Positions 58,275 to 64,000 of a stretch of DNA of 64,000 bases are shown one piece after another. The translations under genes and the position numbers were made by a program. Every line of letters begins with the position of its first letter. Position 1 is the first letter of the stretch. Origin of the DNA: a virus. The notes below the pieces were generated by a model. That model did not search any database. It was not told the DNA's origin and saw only the letters and a list, made by a program, of their open reading frames with translations. The stretch is from the IMG/VR virus record IMGVR_UViG_3300028048_000053, positions 98,692 to 162,691 of that record; one strand, 5' to 3'.

Positions 58275-59522
58275 TTAAGACTTTACAATGTAATAAGTCT
58301 TACTACTATCGACTTCGGTATCCTCACTTGGGACATATTTACCATTTACAAACTCATAATATCCAGAGGTAGAAGGATTACCAGTTGGTGAAGTAACCTC
58401 TTCATACTCAACCGCAGAAGATGTTACAACCTCACCATCGATAGTAACAACATTCTTAACAGTATCCTTCAGATTAAAAGCACCGCTCTTGGACAAGCTG
58501 GTATCCTTATAAACGTGAATAGCATTATCCATCATGCAAGCAACACCAACCTTCTCGTAAACATGGATGTCACGAGACCAGTCATAATTTTCGAACTCAT
58601 TGGTATAAAGGTCGCCCTCAAAAGCAATCTTTACAGGCTTCTAATCGGCAGAGGATGGAACAATCCAACAAAGAGAAGGATCAAGAACTTTCTCAGTACC
58701 AAAAGCATCTTTATACTGGTTAGGCAGAATAACAATATTCTCACCCTTATAACCAGCTAAACGACCAGTGCGATACAGCTCATCCTTCATAGCTTCGGTA
58801 TATCTCCAAGCCTCTTGAGGAATCATTTTAACCGCAAACTCGTTGGTGCAATAAACTGTTACATTACCATACATTTTTGCATGATTCAGAATTGCATCAA
58901 AAGCAGCCTCGTTAAAGCCATTAGAAACAATCTTGTTCTCAGCAGGAAGTTGATCAATACCTTCATCAAGAGCCTTGCCAACTTCTTCAAAAATAAGATC
59001 TTCAATCGCCTCGTAAATGATATTTACTAGCTCAGGCCAGTCAACACGACCATCTAGAAACTCTTCAAAACCAATCTAAGCAGCTCCACCAATCGCGTTA
59101 GTGGGGACCTCAAAGCTCTCCTGAGCGCTTCCCAGCTTGAAGACCTCATAGATGCCAGCCAGTCCAACACGAGTGACAAACTGCTTACCGCGAGTACGAT
59201 TACGATTCAAAGTCTTACGACGGAAAATGGGCTTGTCACCCTGTGCAAAGCGCTTAACCTCTGCCCATTGCTCATAATTAAGCTTAGTTCTTTCTGGAAC
59301 ACTCTCACTAAGAGTTTCCTCAATGACACGGAAAATAGTATTTTTATTTTCTCTATAAGCACGATAATCTGGGGCTAGCGCAGAGAATTCTAAACGTAAA
59401 GCTTCTTGTACATCATCATAACTAAAAGTTTCATTGTTGAAACTATATGCTACAGGAGCGGAACGCTTAGCACCAGCAGCAATCTTAGCTAATTTAATTA
59501 AATCTTGTGTATTTAATGCCAT
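58275..59522 (-). CDS. Major capsid protein candidate (about 415 aa, 2 TAG codons)
   Basis: AAGGAGAGAG RBS plus ATG 59522. Fragments 59076-59522, 58641-58874 and 58275-58535 in one frame. Position after the scaffold and decoration genes. Confidence 0.5.
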
Positions 59523-59540
59523 CGTTTCTCTCTCCTTTCA

Positions 59541-60263
59541 TTAAGCAATACGCATAATCTTAACGGCCTTCTGACGGTCGCCAAGGTCATACTTTTTAAC
59601 AACTTGCCACTTCATAGCAGTAGTATCTCCAGTAGTACGAAGAATACCATCTGCAGGAGTGGGGGCAAGGATGGTTCCAATTGTTAGAGTCTCCCATGAC
59701 TCATCAACCATATTAGTGGTATAAATATCGCCAACTGCAGTCTTTAGGACACGTGGGGTCATAACTGCACCAGTGGGCATATCCTTAGGTCCAGAATAAT
59801 CCCAGGTAGACAGGAAAGGATTATCAGTAGAATCCCACTCATAAGGATCTGCAGGGGTTACAACCTTAGGAATATCATTACCATCAGCATCTTTTCCACC
59901 ATAATAACGTGGAGAAGACTGTTGAGTCATTGTCGCTTCGCCATCAATAGGACTATAAACACGAGCTACATAATTATCCTTTAGCATAGCAAAGTCAGCA
60001 TCAGATTCCCATTCACGATATACTTTAACCTCATTAAAAACAAGCATCCACTCGCCCTCAATTGCCTTATTCTTTTCAAAAGTGGTAAGACCAAGAGCAT
60101 AGTTGTATTTTACGAACTGACCATTTTCAAGCTTTGTGATTGTTGGATCGGCTGGTAGCTGACCATAAACCTGGCCATTTCTTTGAGCTGACAGATGGTT
60201 GGGCTCAACTTGGCCATAGCCACGCTCAACAAGTTGAGCCGCACTTAATCTAGTTTTAGCCAT
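59541..60263 (-). CDS. Head protein (240 aa). Possible decoration or auxiliary capsid protein.
   Basis: Complete ORF without TAG. AGGAGG RBS. Lies between the scaffold-like and capsid genes. Confidence 0.4.
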   Translation of the reverse strand: MAKTRLSAAQLVERGYGQVEPNHLSAQRNGQVYGQLPADPTITKLENGQFVKYNYALGLTTFEKNKAIEGEWMLVFNEVKVYREWESDADFAMLKDNYVARVYSPIDGEATMTQQSSPRYYGGKDADGNDIPKVVTPADPYEWDSTDNPFLSTWDYSGPKDMPTGAVMTPRVLKTAVGDIYTTNMVDESWETLTIGTILAPTPADGILRTTGDTTAMKWQVVKKYDLGDRQKAVKIMRIA

Positions 60264-60280
60264 TTATCTTTCCTCCTATA

Positions 60281-61570
60281 TTACTTTTCATTTTTCTTTG
60301 TCTTTCTTAAAAGACTCAACCAAGCTGGAACGTTTTCCTCTTCTTCAGAGAAATTTGCGTCATCTAAACTAAAAGTAGTCTCCGAATGATTGTTTTCTTC
60401 TTCACTCTTCTCAGACAAGTCTAGCTTATTGTGAACACAAATGATAGAAAGCTTTCCTTCTATTTCGTCTAAAGAGTAAGTATCAATATTATCTTGAACA
60501 TCTTTCTTTTCGTCATCAGACAACATATAGAAACTATCAATCATAGCCTGCTTAGCTTCTCTATCTTTCTGCTCTTTAAACGCAACGAGAAGATTGTAAT
60601 TAGCTTCCATTACATTAAACTTCTCTTGTAGTTCATTAAAACTATTTTCAAGAGTAGAATAATTCTCTTGTAAAGTTTGAAAATCTTCAAGACTAAATTT
60701 AACGCTTTCGTCCTAAGAATTTTCAAGTTCTACGTCTTCGCTCTCTGCGGTTTCTGGCTCAGTGACCTCGGGCTCTACAGCTGGGGTCTCTGGTTCGGCT
60801 GCCGCAGGTTCCGCTTCGGGTTCAACCGCTGCGAACTCTGTTTCTGGCTCGGCCGCATTTGCTTGGACTTCTTCATTTTCTAAATTCTTCAGTGTTTCAT
60901 CCATAAATGACAATTCTCCTCCTTTCAACTTTTGAACTTCCTTCATTAGTGAGTAAACTTTCTGATGGAAGTCTCTATCAAGGGAGAATTTTTCAATTCT
61001 GGCACCTTCAAAGCAGGGTTCAAAATCTTCTCCCAAAATACAAAGTTTAGAAATTATTGCTTCATTAATAATAAAAAATTCAACATTAGAATTATTGTCA
61101 ATTGTCCAAGTTCCTTTCAAAGTTTCCTCATCCAATTCCATGGACTAATTATTTCCTCGTTCAATAATTCTTTTGCTTTCTGGAAACTATTCTGTCCAAA
61201 TATAACCCTCAGTTACAAGATATGTATGTGGTACTCCATCATCAAGATAATCCTAAAACCACGTTCTAGCATTTAGGTCAACAAAGCCATATGCTTTTGT
61301 ACTATCTTTAATTCTAAGAGTACCTCCGACGATTTCAATAATTTCATTATGCTCTTCAAAATCTCCGGTTGCTTCATTATAATACCCAACTATTGGACTA
61401 CCAGGAAGAGATTTCGCCAGCTCTATTGCAACTTCTTTTGAAATCACGCTGCGATTTCTATTCTATCCAATATAACAAACTTTGATACAACATCTTGAAA
61501 TAAAAGGATTATACGGTACAACATTAATAATTTCACATGGGCTATTCATTATAATACTTGTATGTGACAT
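60281..61570 (-). CDS. Putative prohead protease / scaffolding fusion protein (about 428 aa)
   Basis: Fragments 61253-61447, 60713-61141 and 60281-60610 in one frame. The acidic Ala/Glu/Pro repeat region AAEPETEFAAVEPEAEPAAAEPETPAVEPEV and a coiled-coil C-terminus are scaffold-like. Immediately follows the portal gene. Confidence 0.4.
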
Positions 61571-61581
61571 TTATATCTTCC

Positions 61582-63129
61582 TCATTTCGCAGATTCCTTA
61601 TTCTAAATAGTTTTTTCACTAAGTTCGCCTTCTTCTTTGGGAGGACGTCCTCCTTCTGATTTTGAAGTTTGTATTGTATTTGTTTGCTTATTACTGCCCA
61701 AATCTTTTAAATCAGCAGAAGAAAGTGTAGAGGACATGAGTGGGGGAAGCATAATTTCACTAAGATGAAGTAATTCATTCTCAAAGAAAGCCGTGTTAAG
61801 TATAAAGCTCTAAGACTGTCCAAGAGCAATCTATGGAAGCATTTTTGAAAATCCTACCTAATCCTGTTCTTTATACATTTTTGATAGGGTCTAATAATTG
61901 TACTGTGTAGTAAGAAGCATATAAAATCTAAAAGTCCATTTCTTTTTATTACTACTTCGTTTTGAAGCAATCTGAGAAAATAGATGTTCATACTATAAAA
62001 TCAAATCTCTTAGGGTTCCTTCATCAGCCAAAATAGATTTTTCCAATGCTAAATTACCATCAGTATTAAATATATTCTTCGATACTCCAAGAGCATTATA
62101 CACTGTTTTTTCAGCATTGTCAAGGGAATTGTCCTTAGCAAGAGAGGTTGCCGCAGACACATCAACGTCTTGAATATCAGCAAAAGTGGTAAGTACGTCA
62201 ACGCCAACGCAATTAGCTAGCATTTCTACCGCATTATTGTGTATGTCTCTAGCTTCATCAATATCAAAAATTAAATCGCCATTTTTATCAAGCGGCAATT
62301 TCTAAATAATAATCTTTAATAATTGCTATAATTGGCGCTTGCGGTCAATGCCTTGTGCCACTCCTAGGTCAATAATCTCTGGAATAGCGTTTACAAACAA
62401 AGGCAATTCATTAGTTCCAAAAAGATTGAATTTAAAAGCACACCCTGGGTCTAGAAGATACCAATGTCCCTTCGCGGTTCCTATGGGTACATAAGGGTCG
62501 TCCGCAGGTAGTTTTCCTTGCTTATAAAGTAAATATCCTTTCTTGAACTCGGGTGGGAATAAATCTAATATCTTCATTCTATAACCAATCTCAGGAAACT
62601 TAGTATCGAAGAACTTCATATCAAATTCGATTGCTGGCATACCTCTGATTTTATATCTAGACCTACACCATTTCCATGGTAATTCCTAAACAATAATACC
62701 CTCGGTACCCTCGTAAGCATAGCCATAATAGACTCCATCTCTCAAAACAGAAAGAGTAAAGTCAGCACATAGTCTTTTAATATTACTATTATCAAAGTAA
62801 GTTAATGCTTTATTAAAATCAGTTAATACTTTTTCTTCGTTCACAGTTTCGGTAAAGGGTTCTGCGACCATGTACCAATCGAATCTATACATTGTAGCGA
62901 AGTAATTAACCACTTTCTAATAAATACCATTTGTACGATAAAAATAATTAGATATAGCGCGTAACAAAGGAACATCATTTTCTATTAATGCTTTAATAAC
63001 AAATTCTTTATCTCGAAAATGTCTAAAATCTAATTTATCAAAGTGCTTTAAATCTACAACGGCGTCATCATAAGCTTTAGTGCCTATTTTTATACGGGCA
63101 TAGTTACCAGAATCTGGGGAACCACGCAT
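61582..63129 (-). CDS. Portal protein candidate (about 515-530 aa). Start may be TTG at about 63177.
   Basis: Fragments 62917-63129, 62686-62913, 62326-62640 and 61993-62298 in one frame. TGA at about 61582. Assigned by size and position between the terminase-like and protease/scaffold genes. Confidence 0.45.
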
Positions 63130-63194
63130 ATTGAAGCCCTTTTCATAAATCTAATCTAGTCTTTCCTATTTTTCCAAATTAAATGACACCTCCT

Positions 63195-63551
63195 TTAATA
63201 TCCAGCTTTAGACATAATATAATCATATGACAAAAGATTTTCTTCTGTATATGGTATTTCTATTAATTTAATTCCGTGAAGAGCGCAAAATCTTCTCTTC
63301 TAATTATCATTGTATTGCTGCTGGTAGAAACCTCTTTTTCCACCAAATTTAGGACTGGGTTCATAATGCTGGCGTCCTTGATATTCTATAATGAAATCAA
63401 TTCTTCCTTCATCATCAAAAATTACAAAATCAAACCTTAATGGTCTGCCATTGGGACTATTTAATCCTTCGAAGCTGTATTCCATTTTAAAATTTAACCC
63501 TGCATCTCTCAATATTTCTTCAATACAAATCTCTGCTCTTGAAGCCCGCAT
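63195..63551 (-). CDS. PD-(D/E)XK endonuclease-like protein (DUF559 / Vsr-like fold), about 118 aa
   Basis: RPLRFDFVIFDDEGRIDFIIEYQGRQHY motif. Strong AAGGAGG RBS. One TAG. Confidence 0.5.
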
Positions 63552-63566
63552 CTATTAACCTCCTTG

Positions 63567-64000
63567 TCACACTCGTGCTGGAGTAAAGAACTTCCACTCG
63601 GCCGCATTAAATTTCTTCTTTTTCTTTTTGTTATCTTCCATTTCTTTAATATAATACAAACCATATTCAAAAGCGGAAAACGTATCTTTAGGAACGTTTC
63701 TATTGGCTTGCTTTAAAATAATATTTACACCCTCGTTATCTTCGCGTAAATTCATCATTTCATCCCGAAGAATGGAGGTGGCCGTAAATGGATAAAGAAA
63801 GATTTTTCTTTCTTCCGGCTTCATGGCAGCTCCCTTTACCGTTCCTAACAGTTTTGTTTTTGCGATTTTTTCATCAATTAAAAATTTTATTTTTCCAGAA
63901 GCAAGCTAAACTCTGACGTTAGAGTGCATCTCGGTATTAATTGGGGCGTTTGCTTTTATAAGGTATAAAGCATCATCTTCGCAATCTGATGTTCTGAATT
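63567..64000 (-). CDS. 3' part of a gene continuing beyond the window. Terminase large subunit is suggested only by position.
   Basis: Open frame from the window edge to TGA at 63567. Confidence 0.25.

Noticed and set aside
1-64000. tRNA genes (especially a CUA-anticodon suppressor), rRNA, CRISPR arrays.
   Set aside because: No T-loop-like GGTTCGAATCC-type motif or cloverleaf-compatible region was found in the intergenic gaps. No repeat-spacer array. The only tandem repeat is the 27-nt coding repeat in fibre B.

Overview
This window reads as a fragment of a tailed-phage genome with low GC (about one third), in which the amber codon TAG is used as a sense codon, almost certainly Gln (translation table 15-like). 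Under the standard code nearly every large gene breaks into short ORFs at TAG. Reading TAG as Gln restores long genes with conserved motifs; for example the invariant Gln of SF1 helicase motif III (GDxxQLPPV) is a TAG at 8509-8511.

The plus strand from 1 to about 20.1 kb carries a replication and nucleotide-metabolism module:
- AAA/RecA-like ATPase
- DnaB-like helicase
- DnaG-like primase
- RecJ-like DHH exonuclease
- Dda/RecD-like SF1 helicase
- DnaE-type PolIII alpha
- HNH endonuclease
- DUF3310 protein
- NrdD and NrdG
- GIY-YIG endonuclease
- dUTPase
- RuvC-like resolvase

The minus strand from 20.1 to 64 kb carries the morphogenesis module of a siphovirus-like phage:
- terminase-like partial gene
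- DUF559 endonuclease
- portal
- protease/scaffold fusion
- head proteins, including a 415 aa major-capsid candidate
- neck and tail genes
- tail assembly chaperone
- a giant tape-measure gene of about 3085 codons
- two very large tail-fibre genes
- a BspA-type LRR protein with an unusually GC-rich repeat region
- a large distal-tail protein
- small membrane proteins

Notable accessory content:
- Two self-splicing group I introns, in dnaE and in dut.
- Free-standing HNH and GIY-YIG homing endonucleases.
- An undecaprenyl-pyrophosphate synthase (UppS) homologue driven by a roughly 90-bp perfectly symmetric divergent promoter.
- A GT4/GT5 glycosyltransferase translationally coupled to a protein carrying a Hint/intein-like (BIL) domain.
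- A GC-rich DNA-level 8-mer GCGGCCGC, recurring seven times where about 0.06 occurrences are expected.

No tRNA, rRNA or CRISPR array was found.

Minus-strand coordinates were reconstructed by hand across TAG codons. Treat them as approximate, within a few nt unless a feature is marked approx or start-uncertain.
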